64,000 bases of DNA from Octopus sinensis (taxonomy: Eukaryota): NCBI RefSeq assembly GCF_006345805.1, contig NC_043007.1:36084001-36148000 (forward strand), read 5' to 3'. Below the pieces are notes generated by a model that did no database searches, was not told where the DNA came from, and saw nothing but the letters and a program-made list of their open reading frames with translations. The position numbers and the translations under genes were made by a program. The first letter of the stretch is position 1, and each line of letters opens with the position of its first letter. This document shows, in pieces, positions 1 to 12,609 of this stretch.

Positions 1-294
1 CATTTTCCCTCCTTTTATTACCGTCTAACCTTTCAGGCTTAACAGTTTAAAACAAAGAATCATTAACACACACACACACGTACGGTCTCTCTCTCTTTTT
101 CTGTCTTTCTTTATATATATATATATATATATATATATCTCCCTTTCTCTCCCTCACTTCCCTTTCTCACTCCACTCAGACATGTATATGTACGTGTATG
201 TGTGTAGCTCTTTGTGAGTATGTATATGTATACATGCACGTATACACGCACATATACACATACACACACATTTTAAACACAATACTTAAATATT

Positions 295-534
295 GGTTTC
301 AAATTTTGGCACGAAGCCAGCAGTTTTGACAGGTGGGTGCTAGTCAGTTATATCGACCCCGGTGCTAGTCAATTATATCGACCCCGGTGCTCAACCGGTA
401 CTCATTTTATCGACCTCGAAAAGATGGAAGGCAAAGTCGACCTCAGCAGAATTTGAACTCAGAACGTAATGACGGACGAAATGTCGATAAGGATTTTGCC
501 CACCGTGCTAACGATTCTGCCAGCTCGCCGCCTT
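295..534 (-). mobile_element. tRNA-derived SINE (family starting AAGGCGGYGAGCTGGCAGAA)
   Basis: Reverse complement has the family head and a B-box-like GAGTTCAAATTC. Flanked by duplicated ACAATACTTAAATATT (279-294; the right copy is split by the MITE at 544-969). Confidence 0.85.
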
Positions 535-543
535 ACAATACTT

Positions 544-969
544 GGATCTTTTCGGTTTGAACGGCACTTTTTAAAAATAATTTCCACGTAACTAAACACT
601 TTTAAACTTCGTATACATGTAGAATGTGTTTATAAAACATCTTTTTCTCTTGGCTTTATTGAGAAAATTCTATCGTTTGTAAGATATTTGTTGTTTTTTT
701 TTCTTCAATTGCTGCAATTTCAACCAATCAATGACGTCTATTGAGTTGAAAACATTCTGTGCCGTATGAATATTCCCTCGTTTAAGAAACAAATTGGGTT
801 TATTTACATTTGTGAAGAAAAAAAGATACCCCTCCCGCACCCCTAACCCTAACTAACCCTAACCCTAAAACAGATTGAAGTACAATAGATCGATACTAGG
901 GTCATAATTATGGGTGACAATTTCATATGACACTGCTAGAAAAAACTGCCTTTCAAACCGAAAAGATCC
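544..969. mobile_element. Non-autonomous DNA transposon (MITE) with GG termini and 8-bp TSD (Merlin- or hAT-type)
   Basis: TIRs GGATCTTTTCGGTTTGAACGGCA / TGCCTTTCAAACCGAAAAGATCC; exact CAATACTT duplication at 536-543 and 970-977; internal CCCTAA repeats at 841-868. Confidence 0.85.
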
Positions 970-2082
970 CAATACTTAAATATTAGAAAGCCTTAGCTGT
1001 GAGAAGAAAATTTAAAAATACTAATACAGCAATGTCTTGATATACGAGTTAATTTGTTCCCGGAGCTCACTCGTAAAGCAGAGCGATAATTTCCCATAGT
1101 AGCATTGTTATAAATCGTAATTCGTTCCCGGAAAAATATTTTACCTATAAAACTTATAATACACGTAAATAAATAGCAATAAAACAATCGTAGAATGTAA
1201 AGAATATTTTATGTAAAGTAAAAAGAATGACAAGATCTTGTTGTATTTGGAGACGGTCATGTTGCCAGTGTAGCCAATAAAAACACACGCACTATATATT
1301 TGGTGTTAATTTGCTTCAGCTTTATTTTACTTTTTACATTATCGTATTTCGGCCAGAGTTCTTTCGTCACACTTCTGTGACCTCATCAGTGGTCCTTTGC
1401 TTTCTTCTTTCTTAATTGTGTGTCTTTCCTTACTAACAATCAGTCATTTTGATCATTTATAATAAAAAATATTATTATAATCATTTTCTGCACCACTTTC
1501 ACTCGCACTAGACTTGCGCACACCATCTCTTGTGGACGCGATCATCGATTCACAAGCACTCGTAGACGGACTTGTAGATTTCTTTTTAAAAAAGAAGTCT
1601 AGAGTTGTTTGCTTAGAAGAAGCTTTTGTTCGTCTCTATAAATTTCTCGGTAACACGCAGAATTTGGATCTTGTACTTAAAAAAATTATTATAAAATAAA
1701 ACTCCTAAACCGGGTCTCGTAACGTGAAGTATTACTATATGCTTTCGGGAAAAGAAAAGGGGAAGGCTATTACAAACATACAAACACACACATAAACATA
1801 CACATATATACACATGTATACAAACACGTTTCCACACGCATATACACATGCACACACACATATACATGCACACACAAACACATTCTTAATATATACATAC
1901 ATACACACATGCATATATATATATGCATACATGCATACATACCTATATATATATCAGCCGAAATTGCGAGGATGATCCGGTTCTTGACTGAAGATTGAAG
2001 GCTTCGAATTTTAGTATCGTGTTTTTAGTATCGTCTCCTAAATGTTTTACGTTCTTGTCCCAGTTTGTATTTTTTTACATTT

Positions 2083-2131
<49 letters not shown>

Positions 2132-2836
2132 GGGATCATATATGTATGTGTGTGTATCTATATATTTAGCGGGGGAATCTATGAAAGTTTCTTTGACCAG
2201 TCATGTGTCTATCCGCCAGCAATGAAGTCCTGTTCAAAACGTATCCTTATTTGAGCCATGAACTACCCATAAAAATAGGGCCAGCTTCAAACACTAGTTA
2301 GAAGCAAGACAGCTGCGACATAAGCCACGTCTTTCTGTTTCAACTTTTTTGAAAATCAGTGTTAACTGTGAAACCGGTTAGATCTTTAAATATAATAATC
2401 AAAAATATATAACTATTCTCAGTGCATTTTCGACTTCTGTTTCTTCTATATTTCTACCCGTACGGAATAACTTCTCTCTCTCTCTTTCTATATATATATA
2501 TATATATAATATATAGAGAGAGAGAGAGAGAGAGAGAAAGGTGAAGGGATATATGTAATAAATATCCTAGAAACAGCTGTAAGACCTTCTATCTATAAAT
2601 GCTCTAATATCTACACAGCATTGGTTTTTTATCTTATTACGCAAAACTTTATATATATATATATATGCATACATATCCATACACACACACACATGAAGTA
2701 CTGGTGAAATGTCACGGTGAAAACCTCAATAGAATGTAAACACAACAGACCCGAAATAATGATTTGGGATAGAGGAGAGAAATCGTGTACAGTTGTGGAA
2801 ATCAGCTGCCCAGCGGATGCTAACATAAAACTAAAG

Positions 2837-3927
2837 ATCAGCGAAAAAGAGAACACCTACATCGAGCTATTGAGAAATCAGCAGTAAACTGGGTAGAAAC
2901 TCTACAGAAACTTATGAAATGCTTTACACTGTTTATGGATTGATTTTTTTCGCAGGTACAAGAGGCTCAAGAACGATAGTGAAGGCGTGAGAGACGATGA
3001 GAGGTGTGTGAAGGAGAAGGACGTCAGAATGATAGAGCTGGTTGAGAAAATTTGTACTTTTTGGGGTGAAGACCATTGAGTATCTATGAAACCAATAAGA
3101 ATATAGTCTGGAGTTAGTGTGGCAACTGTGCAGAGAACTATTCATGAAGGTATAACGGAAGCCAAGGTTTACGAGATCGGAAAAATATCGTCTTCTTCCA
3201 TCATCTTTTTGTTCTTCGTGTAGTTCAGGCTTCCGGCAGGCAAAGAGAGAAGACTTCAAGTACAAATGCTATTTAAACTAGTTTATTTACAGGTTTTACA
3301 AGATAGGTGAAGCGTGCTGCTCTCAGCTACCATCTTAAGCTGTGTACGTTGTGTAGCAGCTCCGTTAGTGCGGGCGCATTGCCTCTGGAGGTACAACATA
3401 TAGACAAGTCCAGCCAGTGGTGGTGTTCACAAAGTGGCGCCCAAAAAAAGAGATTTGAATCGGGTTTTCCCTTTATATAGAGTTTTTCCATGGCAAATGG
3501 ATGCAGGTGAGGTCTCGCTCCAGCCTTGGAGATGGCAATGGCTGCCGCGAGATCTCATCCAATATGGCGCTGACTGCTTGTGCCGCTACGAAGGTTTGAT
3601 CATGCAGAAAATTTGTGTAAAGTTTGCTCCCATGGTGGTCAGTGACGAGCATCCTGGTAACCAGCTACTTGACAGAGATGGGCATCAAAACTCTCCCTCA
3701 CCTCCCCTACAGTTCCAGATCTTGCTTCCCGTGACTTTTGGTTCTTTTCCAAGCTGAAGAAGAACCACAGGAGCAGTCGTTTTGAAGACATTGAGAAAAT
3801 GAAGTGGGTTGAGATAAGGGTCCTGGACACCTTCACTATGAATGACTTCCATGGGACCTGTACGAAGTGGTCGGACCGCTACAACAAGCGCATTGAAGTC
3901 AGAGTATCCAACTTTAAAGGAGGTTAG
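2837..3927 (+). pseudogene. Decayed, internally deleted mariner transposase interrupted by a solo LTR
   Basis: Removing 3151-3594 gives GVSVATVQRTIHEGLIMQKICVKFAP (HTH/linker). Downstream GIKTLPHLPYS.PDLASRDFWFFSKLKK...RFEDIE..K resembles the mariner YSPDLAP.DF.LF C-terminus. Most of the catalytic domain is deleted. TIRs not confidently located. Confidence 0.8.
3151..3590 (-). mobile_element. Solo LTR (440 bp) with 4-bp TSD
   Basis: AAGG duplicated at 3147-3150 and 3591-3594; degenerate terminal inverted repeats TATAACGG...CCGCTACG (ideal TGTAGCGG...CCGCTACA); minus-strand TATATAAAG box (3471-3480) and AATAAA (3282-3287). Confidence 0.75.
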
Positions 3928-4298
3928 AATTTTGTACCTCTTTGAAATAAATAAATGTTCCTCCTGAAAACAGTGTAAAAAACCTCTGGAACTTACTTTG
4001 TATATTATTTTGTCGAACTTCGAGAAGGCCTCGACGAGATTTGAATTCAGAGCAAGAAGGATCATTATCAAACACCTCTAGGCATTTTATCCGATGCCCT
4101 ATGGATTCTGTCAATTCACTGCTCCCAGTAAATATAACGAAAATATTTTTTGGTGCTAGGCATTTTAGCAGAAGATACGATGAAAAGCAAATGGAAAAAA
4201 ATTCATAATTGGAGTGATATTATGACATAAATGGGTTAAGGTGAAATATAGATACTGCTAAAGATATAGATACACGCACATGCACTCCCCCTCATATG

Positions 4299-4372
<74 letters not shown>

Positions 4373-5726
4373 AGAGAAAGATATGAGAGAAAGATATGAT
4401 GGTAGACGGAAACCGAAAGAAGCCCATCGTAAACATACACACACACATATATATATATATATAACAATTTAGCTAGGTGTAAAATTCACCTAAGTGATGT
4501 TAAATAGCCAGTTCTAAAATCTCTATATGTCTATCTGATGAAGCATCATTACATATTTAAACGGATTTGATTGTTCTTGAAAAACTTCGTTTTATTAATG
4601 AAGCGGAAACAGCTGTAATTCATGAGATGTGTCATTTGTTTGTATAAAATATTTAAATTTATAATTGTTCAATTCATTTTGTTTTCCATTTCTTATAATA
4701 TGTATATGTATGTATGTGTGTCCTACCATTGATTGGCAACCGGTGTTGGCGCTTCTATGTCCCCGTAACTTAGCAGTTCGGCAAAAGAGAACCAATAGAA
4801 TAAGTACTAGACTTGAAATACAAAAGAAATTAAGTACCGAGGTCGGTTTATTCAACTGAACCCTCCAAAGCAGAACTCCAGGATGGCTCTAGCTTAATGA
4901 CCAAAATAGGTAAAAGATAGAAAGTTTTTAAATGTAAAATTCCTCACGTACAAAAAAAAAAAACTATAAAAGTTAAAAATAAAATTGTGCGAGTGTGTGT
5001 GCGTGCAAGTTTGAGCTGGAAATTAAATATATGAAAAGTATTTTTTTTCCTTTTTGCAAAATTGTAATATCCGTTGTAGAAAATATTGGAATCCAAACAA
5101 TTTTTATCTTATTTGTTTATTATATATATTTTTTTAAAAAAGAAAAGAGGGTGGGGCGTCTGGACATTGCCGAATAGCTTCAATATTTCTACATCTACTT
5201 TCAGTTTGTGATCAGAGACCGAAAGAATGTCTAATTAAATTTAACAACTGTGCAAACACCCGATAGTAAAGCTTTCTACACACACACACACACACCATAT
5301 GTATGTACATACATACATTTGCAGAAGTTATAAAGTGAATCAAGGACCGAGGGTTTCATGCATGCTTATGAAACTCTTGGGGCTAGACTTCCGCCCATCC
5401 CCCACAAAAACCACCCTTTTTAAAAACGTTTTCTTTTCCACACAACCCCCACCCCTTTTCGGCTACGGGGAATACGAATCTGCAAAAAAATTGGCAGAAA
5501 TCGACATTTCTAAAATACCACCCCACCCCCATTTCCTTCATTTTAAACTTTATTCAGAATTTTTTTTTCTCCAAAATATGCGGAAAAACACGGAGATTAT
5601 GATTCTGAAAAAAATTTCCAAAAATCTTTGTAAAATTTTTTTAAAGAATTTTTTCTTTTCTAAATATACGGAAAAATACGGACATCAGGATTCGGACAAA
5701 AATTTCAAAACATTTCTATACTTGTG

Positions 5727-5878
5727 GTTACGGTTTAGGTTAAGGTTAGGGTTAGAATTATGGTTAGGGTTTTAGGGCTAGCGTTATGGTTAGGGTTTTA
5801 GGGTTAGCGTTAGGGTTTTAGGGTTAGTGTTATGGTTAGGGTTTTAGGGTTAGCGTTAGGGTTTTAGGGTTAGTGTTG
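5727..5878 (+). repeat. Interstitial telomere-like (TTAGGG-variant) array with a 46-bp higher-order unit
   Basis: TTAGGG/TTTTAGGG/TTAGCG units; 5787-5832 and 5833-5878 are near-identical 46-mers. Confidence 0.85.
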
Positions 5879-6120
5879 TGGAAAGAGTCATAATTAAAGA
5901 AGTTGAGTGCCTGAATTAATACCTTACAGCTTCGTCGCTAATCAGGCACTCAACTATGAAACCACTGCAGAAACAACTTTAAGCTAACGAAGCTCATAAG
6001 ATAATCATTTATTATTTTGTCATCTCTCTTTCATATTACGACTCAATGCTCAGCCAACACCTCTTTCTGAAGCATACGTATATTTGTCTTGCAATGCCTA
6101 AGCGAAATATTTCATATATA

Positions 6121-6433
6121 TTTTATTTATTTATGCGCCCTTTTCAAGCCTAGCTAGGCTCATGGGCCCGGTTTCTCGGTTTCTGTGGCGTATGTGTTCC
6201 CCCCACCTGGACGGGACGCCAGTCCATCGCCGCGATACCCAAGAAACAGGAAGAGAGAGAGAGAGAGCGCGCGAGAGAAAGTTGGGGCGAAAGAGTACAA
6301 CAGGGGTCGCCACCACCCCCTACCGGAGCCTCGTGGAACTTTAGGTGTTTTCGCTCAATAAACACACACAACGCCCGGTCTGGGAATTGAAACCGCGAGT
6401 CCGCTCCCCTAACCGCTGGGCCATTGCGCCTCC
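6121..6433 (-). mobile_element. tRNA-derived SINE (GGAGGCGCAATGGCCCAGCGG head)
   Basis: A-box-like TGGCCCAGCGG, internal GCGATGGACTGGCGTCCCGTCCAGG domain and (TAAA)n tail; related to the copy at 36891-37200. Confidence 0.8.
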
Positions 6434-6443
6434 ATTTCGTATA

Positions 6444-6847
6444 TCTCTCTATATATAAACGGCAGTTTGTCTGTCTGTGTGTCTGTCAGGTTGTACCCTC
6501 ACCCTGACCATGGCTTTCAACCAATTTTGATGTAACTTGACACACACATAGCCCAATGTCATAATTCAAAACTAACGCAGCGAAAATTTTGAAAAGTTCC
6601 CCTAGTTCTGAAAAAAATCGATAAATTCGACATGGGGTCGAGAATCTAAGCTTTTTATATGCAACACATTTTCTGTTGTAGTTTTCGCAACTTGCAATCA
6701 GGAGACAGCTAGGAACATCGTATACACAGAAGTATTTGAGTGAAGAGAAGACATTGCAACCTACACATGCGCCTTCTTTCCCTAGAGGGAAAGAACTAGA
6801 TTGGGATTAGTCTTACATACCCGGGCAACGCTGGGCTATGCTGCTAG
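6444..6847 (+). mobile_element. Non-autonomous Helitron
   Basis: A|TC 5' end, CTAG|T 3' end, subterminal hairpin CCCGG-GCAACG-CTGGG (6820-6835), no TSD. Confidence 0.8.
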
Positions 6848-7789
6848 TATATATATAAAACCAATAAATTCCTTTATTTCTGCCAATTTAACTTCTTCCA
6901 AACTTTCTCTTTCTCTCTCCATTAAACAGATACTTTCACTTTTTACTTCCTCTCTTATCTCATATCATCACAACTCCCTCTTCTACAATATTAATATAAC
7001 TTTTACACACACATGTACATCAATACTTCACATGCACGGTAACTTCAAAAGAACTTCCCTCGTCATACAATCGCTTTCTCTTAGTCTCTTTCGTTCTCAT
7101 TACTTCAAAAGTTCCCGCAAGCCCATATGTAAAAAAAAAAATTTTTTTTTACGGAAATCGACGGAAAGGTCTACTAGAGACGAAAGATTGCCAACTTTTA
7201 ATATACAGAGCCAATAAGGCGGTGAACTGACAGAATCGTTATAGCACGCCGGAAAAAAAATGCTTAGTAGCATTTCGTCCGTCTTTACGTTTTGAGTTCT
7301 GAGAAATAAAAAGACGCATTGGATAATGTGGTAATAGGTGTACTGTGCCCCCCCCCCACTCCAAAATAAAAATAAATACAAACGGCATGTTCGTGGCTAC
7401 ATCGACAAATGATTATAAGTCCGGGTCGTCAGGGAGTCTAATAACAACAATTATATTTACAAGCAAATTGTAGAGCTTCTATGTGGTCGCTCGATTTACT
7501 TGAAGCACCAGCTTAATTTCCCCTCAAATAACACGGCTACCCTCCGAAAAATTACACATGCACAATACCTGCATGGCTCCAGTACTTATGATTCATAGAG
7601 CTACGTGTTCATGTCGGACTTGGGGTTAAACAGCATTTCTATTTACTATTATTTCCTTTTCGCTTTTATATTCCTCGCTATATATTTAACTCCTCTTCGT
7701 CATAGCTTCCATCCTCTTTGTCTGCCTGCCTGCCTGTCTGTCTGTCTCTCTCTCTCTCAGCAACATGTATACATATAGGCAACATCCTT

Positions 7790-8393
7790 TCCTTTGCATT
7801 CGCTGCTCCGCCTTCGCACGTTCTCACTTCGACTTCGTTTTATATTGTCGGTTAAACTTCCCTCCTCTTTCACTCAGCACTCAAACATGAGAGAGGAAGA
7901 GAGGCACACGCACAGTTTCCCCTCTTTCCCTATGAATATGCGCCTCTATAAATATGCGCGCATACATACACACGTAACGGAATCACCGTGCGTGTGTATG
8001 TGTAGCTATCCATATATATATATATATATAGATACATATTTATATATTTTTAAAGGAGGGAGAGAGACAGAGAGCGGAGTGATTATCTAGATGTGTATAT
8101 ATAAACATTGCTAGATCAAATGAGTGTGAGATAAATAAAGCTAACAAGTGAGTGAAAGAGAGAGTAGTAGAGAGAAAAGGAATGCAAAGAAGTGAGAGTG
8201 CAAAAGAAAAAGGAAAAGATTAAAGAGTAAGAGAGAGATTTAGAGAGAAAAAAAGAAAGCTTATAACTAAAAGATAGAGAGAGGGCAATTGAGAGATAAA
8301 GAGAAAGAAAACTAAAAAGTGAATGAGAGAGAGAGGAATAAGAAGGCTAATGAGTGAGAGTGTGAGCAAGCGAGTGAGAGTGAGAGAGGGAAG
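7790..8393 (+). promoter_or_regulatory. Putative LMF2 promoter / 5' UTR region
   Basis: CpG-containing stretch with a TATA-like TATAAATA at 7947-7954, then a ~260-nt GA-rich polypurine tract running up to the ATG. The transcription start cannot be located from sequence. Confidence 0.3.
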
Positions 8394-8487
8394 ATGGCGT
8401 TAGTCAGCAAGACAAGAGATGTCTTTCTCTGGTGTATGTCTGTTATTTATCTATTTGCATTTGCGTCATATTATGTGCAAATTCCAG
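8394..8487 (+). CDS. LMF2: Lipase maturation factor 2, coding exon 1 (MALVSKTRDVFLWCMSVIYLFAFASYYVQIP+G)
   Basis: ATG at 8394 in aagATGG context; 94 nt ending CCAG|GTGAG (phase 1). The FAFAS..Y.QIPG motif matches the LMF2 N-terminus as I recall it. Missed by the ORF track because it is short. Confidence 0.9.
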
Positions 8488-11400
8488 GTGAGCTTCCTGC
8501 TTGATTCTTATTATTTCTTTTTGTGTCCATCTGGGACATTTGTTGTGTTGATTTTGAAAGTTTTCATTGAACACTTTCCACTCGGTACTGATAAACAGCG
8601 GCGCTCGATTCAAGGTTGATAGAGGCAGGTGCTTCATTGTGAGTTGTTTTATGTGTGTGCTGGCCCGAATACTTTTCGTTCAATTTAAAACTTGCGGCTT
8701 CGCTCCGGCATACAAAATATGCATACATACATATATATATAGTAAATAGAAATGCTTTAGTTGTCTACACCACCTGTCTTCGTCTTGGTTTTTTTTTGTG
8801 AATTCTCCCTATATATACACACACACGTTGTGTGTGCGTGTGTAATATCCATGTGTATATATCTGTATACGTGTAATATCTGTGCATGTATATATATATA
8901 TATATATATAATACCTGTGTGTGTTTGTATATATAATGCCTGTATGTATACATACACTTTTTGTTTTAGAGATTGCTTACCCAACTTGATGCATGCACAC
9001 TTGATGCAACCATGGCTGCCCTAATTACTACCGTCACCACCTTCGCATTCATGCTCCCTCTGCAATAAGGCTTGTGGGGTTTGTTCGCATTCCTAAGAAG
9101 TCTCACTATCAAAGAAGGAAGTTGACGTCGTCACTGGATTTCGACAGTCAACTACACACATATAGATGCGGATTTTCCGAAGATCTGTTACGAATGGTTT
9201 AAAAAATAAGCCATCTATCTCTTTCTGCATGCTTATAAAGTATCCCCAACTCTATGCATGCACAGGTTATCGTCTTAAAAACGCTTATAAGCGAGCAGTT
9301 AGAAGATGAGAAATAAAAACTACGATCAGGTTTCGACTCTCAGTTGGAGCCATTTTACTTCACTTAAATACCTAACGGCCTTAGGATAACCGTGAATAGC
9401 ACGTACTCTCTTGTATATATATAGCTGATTTTTTTTTCTTCCCCCAAATTAAGATATCCCTATGCATTCGTTAACATTTATTCTTTCCCATAAGTTTTTT
9501 CGGCAACTTTTTTTTTTCGTAGTGAGGTTTGAATAATATTAAGCAGCCATGCGCAATAATTTGTTTAGATTATTTTATTTGGTGAGAGCTGTAAAGAAAA
9601 TCTAAATTTTATATCTGCTCTCTCTCTCATCTCTATATTTGACTGCTTAATGTTATAGTGAACAAGGGAACATTTTTACTAGTTAGTTTGTTTTCTAAAT
9701 TTAGTCTTCTCTAACATTCCACGACTCCCGGAGTTTGTTGTGCGACTTTAAAATATTTGTTAATTTTGTGGTATAAAGTTAACATTGAATCGCCAAAGGG
9801 TATAAATAGATAAATAAATGAATAAAAGTGATCATTGAATTTCACATACAATTGGTTCAAAAGTTTTATATCGCAGATTCATTTAGTATCTAATGAATTT
9901 CCGTTACTTTCGACTATGGAGTGTTGAGTTCGAACGACTGTCAATCTGCTTATTGAATTGGAGTATATGTGGCCGAGTAAGGTCATAATTATGTATACCC
10001 TTAACGTATACTGAGCGTGATTCGCAGGCCGCGGGGAAGCCTTCCACCCGGCAAACTTCTGCACAATTTCTGTCTGCCCAACTTCCCTTACGAAACTAGA
10101 TCCGACCCGAGGCTAAGATAACACACACACACACACGCTTGCATAAGATGTCAATCAGAGAGATCGAACCCGAAGCCTAGTGATTGTAAAGTGAATTATT
10201 TTAATCGTCCGGCTTTGCTTTTATTAAGTAATTTTTCATTTCAAGGCTTACCTGGAATAAAAAAAAAAAAAATCTGAGAGTGGCGTACAAAATACTTAAT
10301 TGTGTTTAGCAACGCATTTTACACTCTGAGTTCAAATGCTATTGAATTCAACTTTACTTTCAAGTATTGTCAGTTTATATTCCTATAATTTATCATAAAT
10401 ATAAACCGAATTATAACAGACGAAATGTTACAGTACTGAGCTCTCAAAAGTTGTTACCGAAATAATTTTCCAGGATATTAACCGCGTCTTTACAATGTAT
10501 ATTTACAATCACATAATATATCGATCGGTTTGATATATATTTGCTGGATGTGTACATAGTCCCAAACTGCATTGAAACTCAAAGAAGAGTTAAGTACTCA
10601 GTTATTTCCATCTTCCCTGGTCACCATCTGACTTCAGGTTCCCAACATCTCCCTCATTGTCCATTCTTTAATGTTAACTCAAACACCGCCTTCGTGGTCT
10701 TTCTAATACCTCTTTCGAACTCGGAACGTTTATTTCTAAATTAACGGTGATGGTGAGTGGCTTGGTGGATAAGAAAGAACGGTGGAGTTTTGGAAAATAT
10801 GCTCCCCCACGAAGTCCAGAACTTTTATTGAAAAAGAAAAGATTACGGATGTGGGAAGTGAGATGTGGAAAAATTGAAATTATCGTTATAGAAGTAAAGT
10901 TTCCTAGTTCGAATCCAGTCTAGGACTATGTATATACTTCGAGGAATAAGGAAGGAATACACTTAAGGACGATCGGAGATAATGATTGAAACCCCGTGTA
11001 CATGTTAGATACAAATGGAGTGCATAATCACCATTTTATTGCGTATTTATATATTCTTAGTATCTACAAATACATGCAGGGAAGGTTTGAAATAAATGTA
11101 GGCTCCTAATTCCATGTTCTGTCTTCTACCTATCATAGACAGAACGGGTATATGAAGAATATACTCCGCTACGTGGTTGCTCGATTTGCTAGAAATAGCA
11201 ACCAAAGCCTCCTTCCCCATCAAATCGTGCCTTACCGGAATGTTTACACTGGATAATGTAGTTCTAGATCTTTTGTCTGAGGGTCGATTTTCTCTCCCCA
11301 CCCCACTTCTTTATTGCATTGACTTGTTACCTAACCCCAGGTCAGCCTTGTCTGATTCTTGGCTATTTTTGTTTTATATCTTGTACTACGTGGTCCAGTG

Positions 11401-12557
11401 TATCTTTCCCTTATTGAGATGGTAGAATACGAATTTAGAGAATGCGGTCGCTTTTGCTAGCAGTTATAAAAGATGCTGGAGGGTTAGATCATCAAATTCT
11501 ATAGTATAAAACCACTAGTTGGGCCCGTTGTCGATCTGGTGTGTGTGTGAATTCGTTCGTTACCATAATAATTCTTACAGCTAAATACAAATGATATACG
11601 CGAAATTAGATATTGCGAGTGACGTGTTTATCGTCTCGGGCAAGTCTAAGGTGCTTGTAAGTGCCTAGCTATGTGTTGGCATTTAACAATATCAACAATA
11701 ATTGGCAGTTCTTATCTATCGCTATTTCTTGCTCGACAGCAGCCAAATCCCTCTTAAATGACATTCTATTGTCTTAGAAAAAGCAATGAAACATTTAATA
11801 ATGTAGTTCGCTGTCTGCTGAATTTCAGAATAAACACACCCCCGTAACTTTGGATTTCAGTGATTTAAGCAGCAGAAATTAAGCTTCTGCGACATTTTTT
11901 TTTTCTTTTTTTTTTTTTGAAATATTTTTCTCATTTCTCATCATTTCTGTTTTGGAGCACATCACTGATTGTAACTTTTTCGATTGTGATTCTTTTTTTT
12001 TTCTTTCTTTTAATCACGAATTCTGTTTTCATTACGGGGATGGGGTGGTGGGTTGCTTATTCCGAAAACTCCACGGAAAAGGAAAAATAATAAATAAGAG
12101 ACGAGATGGTCACAACTAGAACGCCTTTAATTAATACATCTGACCAATCAGCGGTGGATTGGCGAAATTGTTTAAACATCGGACAAAATACCTTCCTGTG
12201 TTTAATTACTGGTCTTTTACGTTTCAAGTTCGAATCGTTCCTATGTCAACTTCATCTCTGATCCAATCAATTATTAAGGGTAGTTTTAATATCCTTAAAA
12301 ATCACATTCTAGATGTTAATAGACTTAGAATACAAAGCCTTGGGCTAGACAACACCACCACCACCATCATCAGATAAAAGCATAAACTACAACGATTTGG
12401 TCATATTTGCTGCTTTGTCTCTGAAAATTCTCTACCTGTCGTCTGTAAACACTTTTCTTTCTCTCTGCATTCTTCAATGTCACTATGACACATGTGCGCC
12501 TGACAATCTTTCAGCAATTGTGTTAAGCGCGTGCTTTATGTCACTACGTTTATATAT

Positions 12558-12609
<52 letters not shown>

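Noticed and set aside
3435-3444. TGGCGCCCAA resembling a tRNA-Lys primer-binding site
   Set aside because: It lies inside the TSD-bounded LTR and on the strand opposite its TATA and polyA signals; only 10 nt match and no internal retroelement sequence follows.
4533-4570. CTGATGAAGC… as another hammerhead
   Set aside because: No GAAA in register and no convincing stems; at best a heavily decayed remnant.
5727-5878. True telomere or chromosome end
   Set aside because: Short, degenerate and embedded in ordinary sequence on both sides.
1-8393. Head-to-head partner gene upstream of LMF2
   Set aside because: No minus-strand exon with recognisable protein similarity; the region is explained mostly by repeats.
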